Shown here piece by piece: positions 7,595 through 16,238 of a DNA stretch of 52,046 nt. The stretch is from contig JAUWOJ010000001.1 of the NCBI GenBank assembly GCA_030612175.1, positions 1 through 52,046 of the forward strand, given 5' to 3'. This DNA comes from Candidatus Bipolaricaulota bacterium (lineage in GTDB: Bacteria; Bipolaricaulota; Bipolaricaulia; UBA7950; UBA9294). The translations under genes and the position numbers were made by a program. Every line of letters begins with the position of its first letter. Within the stretch, counting starts at the first letter, position 1. The notes under the pieces are model-generated. The model saw nothing but the letters and a program-made list of their open reading frames with translations, was not told the origin of the DNA and did no database searches.

Positions 7595-7613
7595 GTGGGA
7601 TGTTATATCCCAC
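7595..7613. promoter_or_regulatory. Inverted repeat GTGGGAT-N5-ATCCCAC (operator or 5' UTR hairpin)
   Basis: A perfect 7-bp inverted repeat with a 5-nt spacer. It lies about 15 nt downstream of the putative -10 and 19 nt upstream of ATG 7632. No T-tract follows it, so it is not a classical terminator. Confidence 0.4.
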
Positions 7614-7631
7614 TAACAGAGAGGTGCGTCG

Positions 7632-8528
7632 ATGACAAAGAGGGTGTGGACAGGAACGTGGGTCCTCCTATCGATGGTACTACTGCTTGGGCTGGTAGCC
7701 GCGGCACAGCAGTACCCAGTTACACTGATTGACAACAGAGGGCTAGAGATCAGGATCGAACAGAAACCGAACCGGATCGTTGTGGCCGGAATCCCCCTAT
7801 ACGCTGAGATCATAGTCGATCTTGGAGCACTTGACCGGCTAGTTGCCGTGGCCAGTTCGCCAGATAATCCACCAGAGGTTGCAGGTCTCCCTAGGGTCGG
7901 CGAGAACTTCGCCCCAAATGTGGAAGTTATCCTTTCAATGGAACCAGACCTGGTACTTGGCGCTTCGGATTGGGCGGGAGAACGTACCAGATTGGAGAAG
8001 CTGGGAATCACTGTGCTGAGCGTTGGCCCCGTCGGCGGGTACATCTCTACCATACCGGACATCTTTTCCTGCATTAGTACAATTGGAACTGCCCTAGGAG
8101 TAGCGGAAGAAGCGAGGTTACTAATCGGTCAAATCGCAGAGGAGATTATCATGATTGAAAGTACCGCCCTGACCGAACCCCTGGTAAAAGCAGCCTTCCT
8201 CTATGCGATAACACCTGATATCCCCCCTTATGTCGCGGGGAGTGGCTCCATCGAGAATGAATTGATCGTTCGTGCCGGTGGAGGAAACGTCTTCTCCGAT
8301 GTTGAGGGATTTCCTCAAGTGAGTTTTGAGGAAATTCTTTCCCGAGACCCCGATGTTATATTCACTGATCCAACACATGTTGTAAATATACTGGAGAACC
8401 CGCTATTTGCAGGGGTGTCAGCAGTAGCAAGCAAGAAGGTCTACGGCATCAACGCACGCCATTTCCTTTCTACCAAGGTTGCTCGGGCTCTGAGAACAAT
8501 GAGTGAGTTCCTTCATCCGCAGAAATAA
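7632..8528 (+). CDS. ABC transporter substrate-binding protein, iron-siderophore/cobalamin/heme (FecB/BtuF) type
   Basis: 298 aa. Hydrophobic N-terminal signal WVLLSMVLLLGLVAAAQ. A periplasmic-binding-protein fold is suggested by PNRIVVAGIPLYAEIIVDLGALDRLVAV and the C-terminal KVYGIN. It is co-operonic with a FecCD permease and an ATPase. Confidence 0.8.
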   Translation: MTKRVWTGTWVLLSMVLLLGLVAAAQQYPVTLIDNRGLEIRIEQKPNRIVVAGIPLYAEIIVDLGALDRLVAVASSPDNPPEVAGLPRVGENFAPNVEVILSMEPDLVLGASDWAGERTRLEKLGITVLSVGPVGGYISTIPDIFSCISTIGTALGVAEEARLLIGQIAEEIIMIESTALTEPLVKAAFLYAITPDIPPYVAGSGSIENELIVRAGGGNVFSDVEGFPQVSFEEILSRDPDVIFTDPTHVVNILENPLFAGVSAVASKKVYGINARHFLSTKVARALRTMSEFLHPQK

Positions 8529-9592
8529 TGGGTAGAACAGAGAAAAACTTTCAGCGACAGCTCTCGTGGAATGCAAAAAAGACGCATTCCATACGATGGA
8601 TCTTTATCCTATTGATGATCTTGCTTGCGGCAACGCTTGTGATCGGAGTGGTTGTTGGTCCTGTACCAATTCCTATCAGAGAGGTTTTTTCCTACCTGCT
8701 GGGGCGCAAACCAGCGGTGGGAGGATCCGGGCGTATTCAACATCTAATTATCTCCCAAATCAGGCTCCCACGAGTGTTATTAGGGCTATTAGTCGGTTGC
8801 GAGCTCGCCATCTCAGGTGGAACGATGCAGGGGCTGTTTCGCAATCCGCTGGCTAGCCCATATATCCTCGGGATGGCTAGTGGCGCCTCTACCGGCGCAT
8901 CTTTAGTCATTCTCCTGAATTTGCATGGGGTAGCCTTTCTTCCCCTGGGGGCCTTTATTGGCGGTTCCCTTGCAGTGGGAATTGTCTATCAATTAGCGCG
9001 GCAACGAGATAGGAAAACTTCCGTCTACACACTGATTCTCGCTGGAGTGGCCGTGGGAGCGCTTTTCTCAGCCATAACAAGTTTTCTCATCTTCTTGAGC
9101 GCCGGCACCGACCGAATGATGGATGTGATCTTCTGGACCATGGGCGGGCTAGGCCGCGCCAGTTGGACATATCTTTGTGTGCTTGCGCCGATCGTCGCGG
9201 TTGGCAGCTTGCTACTCATGGCTTTCTCACGGGACTTAAACGCCCTTGCAATGGGAGAAGAAGGAGCTTTTCATCTGGGAATCAATCCGGAGAAAAGCAA
9301 GCGTATCATGTTGGGCGTGGCAACCTTTCTTACTTCATCTGCTGTCGGCTTCGCCGGCACTATCGGGTTTGTTGGCCTGATCATCCCACATATCATGCGC
9401 TTAATTATGGGGCCCGATCACCGGTTCCTCTTGCCAGCAACAGCCATTGCGGGAGCGATCTTTCTTGTGTGGGCTGACATGGTGGCTCGAACCGTAGTTC
9501 AGCCAGCTGAACTCCCGGTGGGGATCATCACAGCCTTTCTTGGAGCCCCTTTCTTTCTCTACTTGCTGAAGACGAGAAAGGTGAGAATGTAA
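8528..9592 (+). CDS. FecCD/BtuC-family ABC permease
   Basis: 354 aa and highly hydrophobic. LRLPRVLLGLLVG, GASGASTGA and the C-terminal PVGIITAFLGAPFFLYLL are typical of the family. The start overlaps the upstream stop (TAATG). Confidence 0.9.
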   Translation: MGRTEKNFQRQLSWNAKKTHSIRWIFILLMILLAATLVIGVVVGPVPIPIREVFSYLLGRKPAVGGSGRIQHLIISQIRLPRVLLGLLVGCELAISGGTMQGLFRNPLASPYILGMASGASTGASLVILLNLHGVAFLPLGAFIGGSLAVGIVYQLARQRDRKTSVYTLILAGVAVGALFSAITSFLIFLSAGTDRMMDVIFWTMGGLGRASWTYLCVLAPIVAVGSLLLMAFSRDLNALAMGEEGAFHLGINPEKSKRIMLGVATFLTSSAVGFAGTIGFVGLIIPHIMRLIMGPDHRFLLPATAIAGAIFLVWADMVARTVVQPAELPVGIITAFLGAPFFLYLLKTRKVRM

Positions 9593-10410
9593 TGAATATC
9601 ACAATAGAAGGGCTGCACTTCTCTTATGGTCAGAACCCAGTTTTAGAAGAGATCGACCTGAGCATTCAGAAAGGAGAAATCTTTGCAATTGTGGGCCCTA
9701 ACGGATCAGGGAAGACCACGCTCCTTAAGAACATCTCAGGAGTCCTTACTCCCGACAGAGGTGCGGTTTACCTGAACATGAGACAGATAGCCGACCTATC
9801 AACTTGGGAGATCGCGCGCCAACTGGCAATGGTAGAGCAAGATCGAGAAGTTGGTTTCGATTTTACCGTCCGCGAAGTGATAGCTATCGGCCGAATCCCT
9901 CATCAATCTCGCTTTGCCAGAGAGAACAAAGTAGACAAGGAACGAATTGAAGAGGCTATGAGGGTCTGTAGTGTGGACTCACTAGCCAATCGTCTCATAG
10001 CAGAGATATCAGGAGGGGAGCGCCAACGCGTCTTCCTAGCAATGGCTCTGGCCCAGGAGCCTAAGGTGCTTCTGTTGGATGAACCGACAACTCATCTTGA
10101 CATCAACTACCAAGCCCAGATTATGGAAATTGTTCGCACCCAGGCTATAGATGGTCTGACAGTAGTAATGGCCCTTCACGATCTTAACCTTGTAGCACAG
10201 TATGCGGATCGAGCGGCCATGCTAGACAAGGGACAACTATTGGAAATCGGCAAGCCGGATGAAGTACTCACTGAAGCGAATATCAAGAGAGTCTTTCATA
10301 CGGACGTAATCGTGACAAAGCACCCCCTGATCAACTCCTTTTACGTCATGCCGCTCGCTCACAGATTTGATGGGGGCAAGAGTCGCTCATCAGAACGCGA
10401 ATTGCTCTAG
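9592..10410 (+). CDS. ABC transporter ATP-binding protein (FecE/BtuD/FepC type)
   Basis: 272 aa. Walker A GPNGSGKTT, signature ISGGERQRV, Walker B LLLDEPTTHLD. TAATG overlap with the permease gene. Confidence 0.9.
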   Translation: MNITIEGLHFSYGQNPVLEEIDLSIQKGEIFAIVGPNGSGKTTLLKNISGVLTPDRGAVYLNMRQIADLSTWEIARQLAMVEQDREVGFDFTVREVIAIGRIPHQSRFARENKVDKERIEEAMRVCSVDSLANRLIAEISGGERQRVFLAMALAQEPKVLLLDEPTTHLDINYQAQIMEIVRTQAIDGLTVVMALHDLNLVAQYADRAAMLDKGQLLEIGKPDEVLTEANIKRVFHTDVIVTKHPLINSFYVMPLAHRFDGGKSRSSERELL

Positions 10411-10478
10411 ATCAAAGGCATTCAAGCAGTACCTCACGACAACTCACCCGCATGAATAGCTAATCGTGCTGTTGTCTG

Positions 10479-12044
10479 TTGTCGCGAAAAATAGTACTGT
10501 TTCGGGTAATGATAACTAGGATCTTACGAACAGCAGCGTTAGTTATAGTGGCTATTGCCCTGTCCCTAGCAGTTGTAGTCGACGCTAACCGCATTGGCTG
10601 GGAACGTGAAAACACAGGGTTCATTGTTATTGTCAGGGCTCAAGATGTAACGAGCTTCTCCCTTGATGAGCTTGCCAATATTGGGATAACAGGGGTTGCT
10701 GTGTACTCAGCAAGCCTGACGGATGGAGGATCTCCACTTGTCGAGAAGATACTAGGACACAATCTTGAGGTGGGGCTGATTCTCGATAAGCCTATTGCCA
10801 AGCTTGCTCACAACTTCTCTTTCTTGTGGATAGAAGGTCCAATCGACGAACAATCGTTTCATAAGCTCTTTCCGGTCGAAACTACGATCATTTTACGAGA
10901 GTTCACGGATGTGTTACAGGAACGTGAATTGTGGAGAAACGGACACGACCACCTAGTACGAGCTCATGAGGTGCCAACAGGAGATATGGCTCGGTCGTCA
11001 ATCGAAACCCTTGTCGCGCGGTTCGGAAGAGCTGTACAAGAGCGCGGAATTCGCTGTCTCATGCTTTCGCCAGTTCCTGGGCTTTCGGTATATGAGAATC
11101 TGAATTACTTCCAAGCTGTTATTGAGCAGATTGAGGAGGACGGGTACACTCTGGGTAGTTTTTCTCTTCCATTTTCCAATACTCCTTGGTACGCGGAGAT
11201 CGTATTTCATTTAGGAGTTAGTGCTCTCTTGTTGCTTGTCACCCTTCAAATCTTCAAACACCTTCCCTTTGCGTGCTTTGTTTTCTGCGGTGCTGTTGCT
11301 GGTATTGCCGCCAGTATGCCGGAGATCCTCCTTCGTCAGACAGATGCCTTTCTAATCGCAATACTTGTTCCAGCATACATGTCTTTGTTGCTTGTCCCCT
11401 GCCTTAAATCAGGCTGGCGAGCAGGAGTAGTTGTGCTCCTCTTGTTCTCTGCTGGTTCAGTTTGCGGGGGTCTCCTGCTTGCTGCGGTTCTTTCTCATCC
11501 TGTTTTTCTGCTCAAGCTCGCCGAGTTTCGCGGAGTAAAGGTCGCGCTTCTGTTTCCTTCTCTTTTTGGAGTATTTGCCTACTACCGTCAGGTCGGCTGG
11601 GGAAAACTTCGAGACCTTTTCTACTCGCCTATCCGCTCAGTCAGCTTGACACTTGCTAGTTTCAGTCTTGCAGTACTCGCCTTTGCTATTCTCCGGAGTG
11701 GAAACACAGGCGGAGGCTCACTTGGGCTAGAAGGACAAGTGCGGGGGATTCTGGAGAAACTCCTCATAGCAAGACCTCGCTTCAAGGAGTTCCTGATTGG
11801 CCATCCTTTCCTAATTCTGTTTGGAGCGGATGGCAAGCTCAATGACTGGAGAATATTCCCTCTCTTTGTAGGCCTGATTGGACAGGCCTCCATCCTGAAT
11901 ACCTTTGCTCATGCGCACACTCCCCTCCTTGTATCGCTCTTGCGAGTGACTAATGGGCTCGTTTTGGGAGTCCTGGTCGGAGGAGCTTTGTTGGCGGTCA
12001 TCGGTTTAGGGCGGTTGCTATGGCAAAGAGTATCACAGTCGTAA
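10479..12044 (+). CDS. Polytopic membrane protein, DUF5693-like (family commonly adjacent to csaB)
   Basis: 521 aa. One N-terminal TM segment, a soluble domain of about 220 aa, then many hydrophobic segments. It overlaps csaB by 25 nt. The family name is recalled from the usual DUF5693-csaB pairing and has not been searched. TTG start at 10479; an alternative ATG lies at 10509. Confidence 0.55.
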   Translation: MSRKIVLFRVMITRILRTAALVIVAIALSLAVVVDANRIGWERENTGFIVIVRAQDVTSFSLDELANIGITGVAVYSASLTDGGSPLVEKILGHNLEVGLILDKPIAKLAHNFSFLWIEGPIDEQSFHKLFPVETTIILREFTDVLQERELWRNGHDHLVRAHEVPTGDMARSSIETLVARFGRAVQERGIRCLMLSPVPGLSVYENLNYFQAVIEQIEEDGYTLGSFSLPFSNTPWYAEIVFHLGVSALLLLVTLQIFKHLPFACFVFCGAVAGIAASMPEILLRQTDAFLIAILVPAYMSLLLVPCLKSGWRAGVVVLLLFSAGSVCGGLLLAAVLSHPVFLLKLAEFRGVKVALLFPSLFGVFAYYRQVGWGKLRDLFYSPIRSVSLTLASFSLAVLAFAILRSGNTGGGSLGLEGQVRGILEKLLIARPRFKEFLIGHPFLILFGADGKLNDWRIFPLFVGLIGQASILNTFAHAHTPLLVSLLRVTNGLVLGVLVGGALLAVIGLGRLLWQRVSQS

Positions 12045-13084
12045 TTGCTGGCTACTATGGATTTGGAAACCTTGGCGACGAAGCGATTCGCTTTGCGCTG
12101 CTACAATCACTCAATCAGTATAACAGGGCTGAATCGATCGTTCTTACGGCAAATCCACAGACTAGAAATGAAATCAGTCGCAACAACCCCATTCGCATTC
12201 TTGGGGCGATTCGGCGCTCATCGATCCTGTTGTTTGGCGGGGGAGGATTATTGCAGAATCGCACCAGCAACCGTTCTTTGTTCTATTATCTCTCTCTCAT
12301 TCTTCTCGCCCGTATTGCGCGTCGGCCAGTTTACCTTATTGGGCAGGGGATTGGGCCGATTTCGGGCAGATTAGCTCAATTGGTTACTCGCTTTACCCTT
12401 AAGCAAGTTCACCACATAGACTGTCGTGACCAAAAAAGCTTAAGCTATGTTAATTCGCTAGGCCTTAACGGAACACAGGGCAGCGACCTTTTTTTCCTTC
12501 TCCCTCCAAGCCCCCACCATTCCCGGCTGACGCAGAGCCCGCCGCGGATTGTTCTCTCCCTTAAGGGACTGCCGAGAAAGCAACAAACAGGTTTCATTGA
12601 GCAGGCAATACGCTTGCTGAAAGAGTTACACTCGCAGCGAGGTGTGTCCTGTATTTTTCTTCCGTTCTTTCCCAAACAGGACCTGGCCCTTGCGAGAGCG
12701 ATCTCAAGCGAATGCGGCTTTCCATGTCAGATTCTCCCGACAGCAGGACTAGACCAAGCAGAAAGGGTCATTTCATCTGCCAGCGTTCTCGTGTCATCAC
12801 GCCTGCATCCACTAGAGTTTGCGCTCAGGATGGGAACACCGATGTTCGCTATCTCTGAAGATCCCAAGATTGAGCGCTTTGTCCATGAGGTTCATTCGCG
12901 TGACGGCCCTTGTATTCCTTGTGGATCTTTTCCCTCCGCGGAAGAAACTTCTCTTCTCCTTGACCATCCACCAGCGCCAGATAGCTTGCGAAAGACCTAC
13001 CGACAATTACATGAAACCAGGAAGCAGACATTCAAGCTGTTGCTTGACGAACTATATGATGATCTGGAAGGAAGAGATGTATGA
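12020..13084 (+). CDS. csaB: Polysaccharide pyruvyl transferase CsaB
   Basis: 354 aa. ITVVIAGYYGFGNLGDEAI at the N-terminus, plus GGGGLLQNRTS and SSRLHPLEFA, are as in CsaB-type pyruvyl transferases. Confidence 0.8.
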   Translation: MAKSITVVIAGYYGFGNLGDEAIRFALLQSLNQYNRAESIVLTANPQTRNEISRNNPIRILGAIRRSSILLFGGGGLLQNRTSNRSLFYYLSLILLARIARRPVYLIGQGIGPISGRLAQLVTRFTLKQVHHIDCRDQKSLSYVNSLGLNGTQGSDLFFLLPPSPHHSRLTQSPPRIVLSLKGLPRKQQTGFIEQAIRLLKELHSQRGVSCIFLPFFPKQDLALARAISSECGFPCQILPTAGLDQAERVISSASVLVSSRLHPLEFALRMGTPMFAISEDPKIERFVHEVHSRDGPCIPCGSFPSAEETSLLLDHPPAPDSLRKTYRQLHETRKQTFKLLLDELYDDLEGRDV

Positions 13085-14024
13085 GCCATGTCATGTACCT
13101 GCTTTAGCCGGTGAGGTTGTTCACTTAGTTGATCCAAAGGCAGGGGGAATATACGTGGATGGAACAATTGGCTTGGGCGGTCACACTCAAGCACTGTTCG
13201 CGCTAGAGCCCAACATTACTGTTGTTGGGATTGACCTTGATAGAGAAGCGCTTAGCTACACAGAGAAACGTTTAGCCAGTCTTGCCGGTCGGCTTCATCT
13301 TGTTCACGCAAGCTACACCGACCTTTATAAGCACCTGCAGATACTTGGCATTGATAAGGTTGATGGTCTTCTCCTTGATCTTGGTGTGTCGTCGCTTCAG
13401 CTCGATAATCCCAAGCGTGGGTTCAGCTTTCGCGCTAACGGTCCTCTTGACATGAGAATGGATACTTCGCAACCTCTGACAGCCTTTAATATTGTGAACA
13501 ACCTTACAGAGAAGGAACTTGTTGACATCCTTTTCCGCTATGGAGAAGAAAATTTTGCTCGGAAAATCGTGCGTGCGATTATCGCTACCCGCAAATCGGG
13601 AGCGATTGAGACAACTACTCAACTCGCGGAACTTGTGTGCCAAACGATCCCAAAGCGATTCCACCTCAGGCACAGACACCCCGCGACCCGTACCTTTCAA
13701 GCGCTACGAATCGCAGTGAATGATGAACTTCAAAATCTGCGAAATGGACTACAAGCTGCATTCCAATGCCTTGCGCCTGATGGCGTCATAGCGGTGATAA
13801 GTTTTCATTCGTTGGAAGATCGAATTGTGAAGCGGTTCTTTCGCTACAAAGCGCTTGATTGTATCTGCCCCCCCACCCTTCCGGAATGTATTTGTGACAA
13901 ACAAGTGGAAGGAAGGATTCTCACACGGAAGCCAATTCTACCGACAAAAGAGGAGACGGAAAGCAATCCGCGCGCGCGAGCTGCGAAATTACGTGCCATG
14001 CGGAAAAGCAGTGTATCTACTTGA
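13077..14024 (+). CDS. rsmH: 16S rRNA (cytosine1402-N4)-methyltransferase RsmH (MraW)
   Basis: From ATG 13077: MYEPCHVPALAGEVVHLVDPKAGGIYVDGTIGLGGHT, LLDLGVSSLQLD, SFHSLEDRIVK. The longer track ORF (12819) only reads through the csaB 3' end in another frame. ATGTATGA overlap with the csaB stop. Confidence 0.9.
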   Translation: MYEPCHVPALAGEVVHLVDPKAGGIYVDGTIGLGGHTQALFALEPNITVVGIDLDREALSYTEKRLASLAGRLHLVHASYTDLYKHLQILGIDKVDGLLLDLGVSSLQLDNPKRGFSFRANGPLDMRMDTSQPLTAFNIVNNLTEKELVDILFRYGEENFARKIVRAIIATRKSGAIETTTQLAELVCQTIPKRFHLRHRHPATRTFQALRIAVNDELQNLRNGLQAAFQCLAPDGVIAVISFHSLEDRIVKRFFRYKALDCICPPTLPECICDKQVEGRILTRKPILPTKEETESNPRARAAKLRAMRKSSVST

Positions 14025-14092
14025 GCCATGACATTCGCTGTTCTTGACGAGCGTCTGATAAGCTGTAGTAAAGTCGCTGCAATCTTGTCGCC

Positions 14093-14557
14093 TTGGCGGG
14101 TAAGCAGCGTAGGATGGGTAATCTACTTCGGTGTACTAGTCGACAGATGTCCAAGCAAAATACCTCATGTTCCCTTAACTTATTAGCAGAGATGATGATG
14201 TATCGAAGAATCAAGAGATTGAGCTATCTATCTGGGAAGAGACATTCAGCTCCTCCAACACAGCCGCTGACTTGGCAAGGAGTGCTGGGAATTGGAATCC
14301 TCTTGGCCACAGTCATTGCTGGACTCTGTCTTGTTTACCTGTGGCAAGAAGCGACTATTCTTGACTTGACCGCGCAAAGGGAGAGCACACAGGACAGACT
14401 CATAGCTACTCATGATGTCAACCGTTGGCTCGAATTTGAAGTGGGGAAGGCCTTCCGTTTAGAGCGTGTTGCTTCACTCGCCCGGAGTGAACTCGGGATG
14501 ATTGAGCCAGTCACTATCCACTATGTCTATATTGATAAGTCCGCCCCAGAGAACTAA
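14093..14557 (+). CDS. ftsL: Cell-division protein FtsL-like (single-pass membrane protein); start uncertain
   Basis: Positioned between rsmH and ftsI. One TM segment (VLGIGILLATVIAGLCLVYLW) is followed by a coiled-coil-like segment and LGMIEP. Candidate starts are TTG 14093, ATG 14114 and ATG 14192. Confidence 0.55.
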   Translation: MAGKQRRMGNLLRCTSRQMSKQNTSCSLNLLAEMMMYRRIKRLSYLSGKRHSAPPTQPLTWQGVLGIGILLATVIAGLCLVYLWQEATILDLTAQRESTQDRLIATHDVNRWLEFEVGKAFRLERVASLARSELGMIEPVTIHYVYIDKSAPEN

Positions 14558-16238
14558 GACGCACTCCCACCAATGGCGAGCTCGCATTCTCGCGTTCTTG
14601 TTAATTGCGTTTGCCTTACTCATTGTTGGTCGGCTCGTCCAGCTTCAAGTGGTTGAGCACGATCGCTTTCTTAACTCCGCGCAGGTAATGCAGGAACAAA
14701 TGATTGAGCTTATGCCACAGCGAGGAGCGATCTATGACAGAAGCGGAATGTTGCTTGCTTTTGATGTAAGAGCTGTATCCATCGCCGTAGATAGCTTCAA
14801 CATGACCAAACCAGAGACGATTATCGCGATCCTCGCGAGTGAGCTTGGTCTTGCTGGTGAGGTGTTGAGAGATCTGATCTACCGGCCTAGCTACTTCACT
14901 TGGATCAAACGTCAGATCGATCCAAGTACGGCAGAACTTATACAACAGCAGGCAGAAAAAGAACAGGCATACGGGCTGATTTTCCTTGAGACCTGGAAGC
15001 GGTGCTATCCACAGGAATCACTTGCTTCAAATATCATTGGTTTTGTGGGTACGGATGGGTACGGATTGGAGGGTGTGGAGCTTGCGTTTGACAAAATCCT
15101 TACTGGGACTCCAACGTATGTGTATGTGGTACAGGGAGCCGATCACCGCACTTATCACACTACGGTTGTCGAACAGGGATCCCCGGGACAGGATCTACAT
15201 TTGACAATTGATGCCCGCCTACAATTCATCTGTGAAGAAGAGATCAAATACGGAGTCGAGAAGTTTAGGGCGAATGATGGTTTTGTCGTTCTGCTCGATC
15301 CGCAAACTTGTGCCATACTAGCAATGGCCCAGCTGCAGCGCTACAACCTTAATTCCTTTGCTGAATCAACTCCATACGAGCGAAAGAACCTGGCAGTTAA
15401 TTTCCTGTTCGAACCTGGCTCAGTCTTTAAGGCATTCACCGGACTTGCGGCGCTCGATTACGGCGTGGTGAGCCCAGGAGATAGTTTCAACGGAAATGAT
15501 GGGATCAGAGTTTCCAATCACATCATGCACAACTCAGGAAACGAGTCCTTTGGAACAGTCACCTTTGCCGAGATTATTGAGCACTCGATCAACACAGGAA
15601 TGATTAGAGTTGCGCAGCGCTTGGGGGAAGAGCGACTGTATCACTCTCTGATCAGCTTTGGTTTTGGACAACAGACTGGGATTGCTCTTCCCGGAGAAGA
15701 AGTTGGAATCCTACGAGATGTAGAAGAGTGGTCTAAGCTTGCCCTGGCCGCTACATCAATTGGGCAATCAGTGGCCGTAACCGGAATCCAGCTTGCCCGC
15801 GCGACAGCAGCAATAGCAAATGGTGGACTGCTACTAGAGCCACAAATCATCAAACAAATTGGTGAATCAGCAAAGGATGACTCAGTGCTTGTTCATCGAA
15901 TTGGGGCCGCGGAAAGTTGCACAATAATGACAGAATTACTGCAACAGGCCGTAGAAACTGGAACCGGAACCCCGGCAGCAGTTAGTGGATTTGCGGTAGC
16001 TGGGAAGACAGGGACTGCACAAAAGGCTACGCCCGGGCAAGGCTATGCTGCTGGGAAATACACCTCTCTATTCGTCGGCTATCTTCCTGCCCAGAAACCG
16101 AAGTATCTCGCTCTTGTTGTCCTGGATGAAGTAAAGACTTTGCCGGTATGGGGCGGATATACTGCTGGACAGATATTTCATGATATAACTTCCCGTGTCG
16201 TAAATGCTGAACACCTTTCCCCAGCAGTTGTGTATTGA
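14502..16238 (+). CDS. ftsI: Peptidoglycan D,D-transpeptidase FtsI / class B penicillin-binding protein
   Basis: 578 aa. N-terminal TM anchor, then SXXK = SVFK, SXN = SIN, KTG = KTGT. The track start is TTG 14502; ATG 14523 is an alternative. Confidence 0.85.
   Translation: MSQSLSTMSILISPPQRTKTHSHQWRARILAFLLIAFALLIVGRLVQLQVVEHDRFLNSAQVMQEQMIELMPQRGAIYDRSGMLLAFDVRAVSIAVDSFNMTKPETIIAILASELGLAGEVLRDLIYRPSYFTWIKRQIDPSTAELIQQQAEKEQAYGLIFLETWKRCYPQESLASNIIGFVGTDGYGLEGVELAFDKILTGTPTYVYVVQGADHRTYHTTVVEQGSPGQDLHLTIDARLQFICEEEIKYGVEKFRANDGFVVLLDPQTCAILAMAQLQRYNLNSFAESTPYERKNLAVNFLFEPGSVFKAFTGLAALDYGVVSPGDSFNGNDGIRVSNHIMHNSGNESFGTVTFAEIIEHSINTGMIRVAQRLGEERLYHSLISFGFGQQTGIALPGEEVGILRDVEEWSKLALAATSIGQSVAVTGIQLARATAAIANGGLLLEPQIIKQIGESAKDDSVLVHRIGAAESCTIMTELLQQAVETGTGTPAAVSGFAVAGKTGTAQKATPGQGYAAGKYTSLFVGYLPAQKPKYLALVVLDEVKTLPVWGGYTAGQIFHDITSRVVNAEHLSPAVVY

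Noticed and set aside
7540-7631. Cobalamin riboswitch upstream of the BtuF/FecB-like importer
   Set aside because: Only 92 nt of leader are available, and I see no B12-box-like core. That is too short for the riboswitch, which needs about 200 nt.
12819-13076. The N-terminal 86 codons of track ORF 12819..14024, which would give a 401-aa RsmH
   Set aside because: This stretch overlaps the csaB 3' end in another frame and has no RsmH-like sequence. The conserved RsmH N-terminus begins at ATG 13077, which overlaps the csaB stop.
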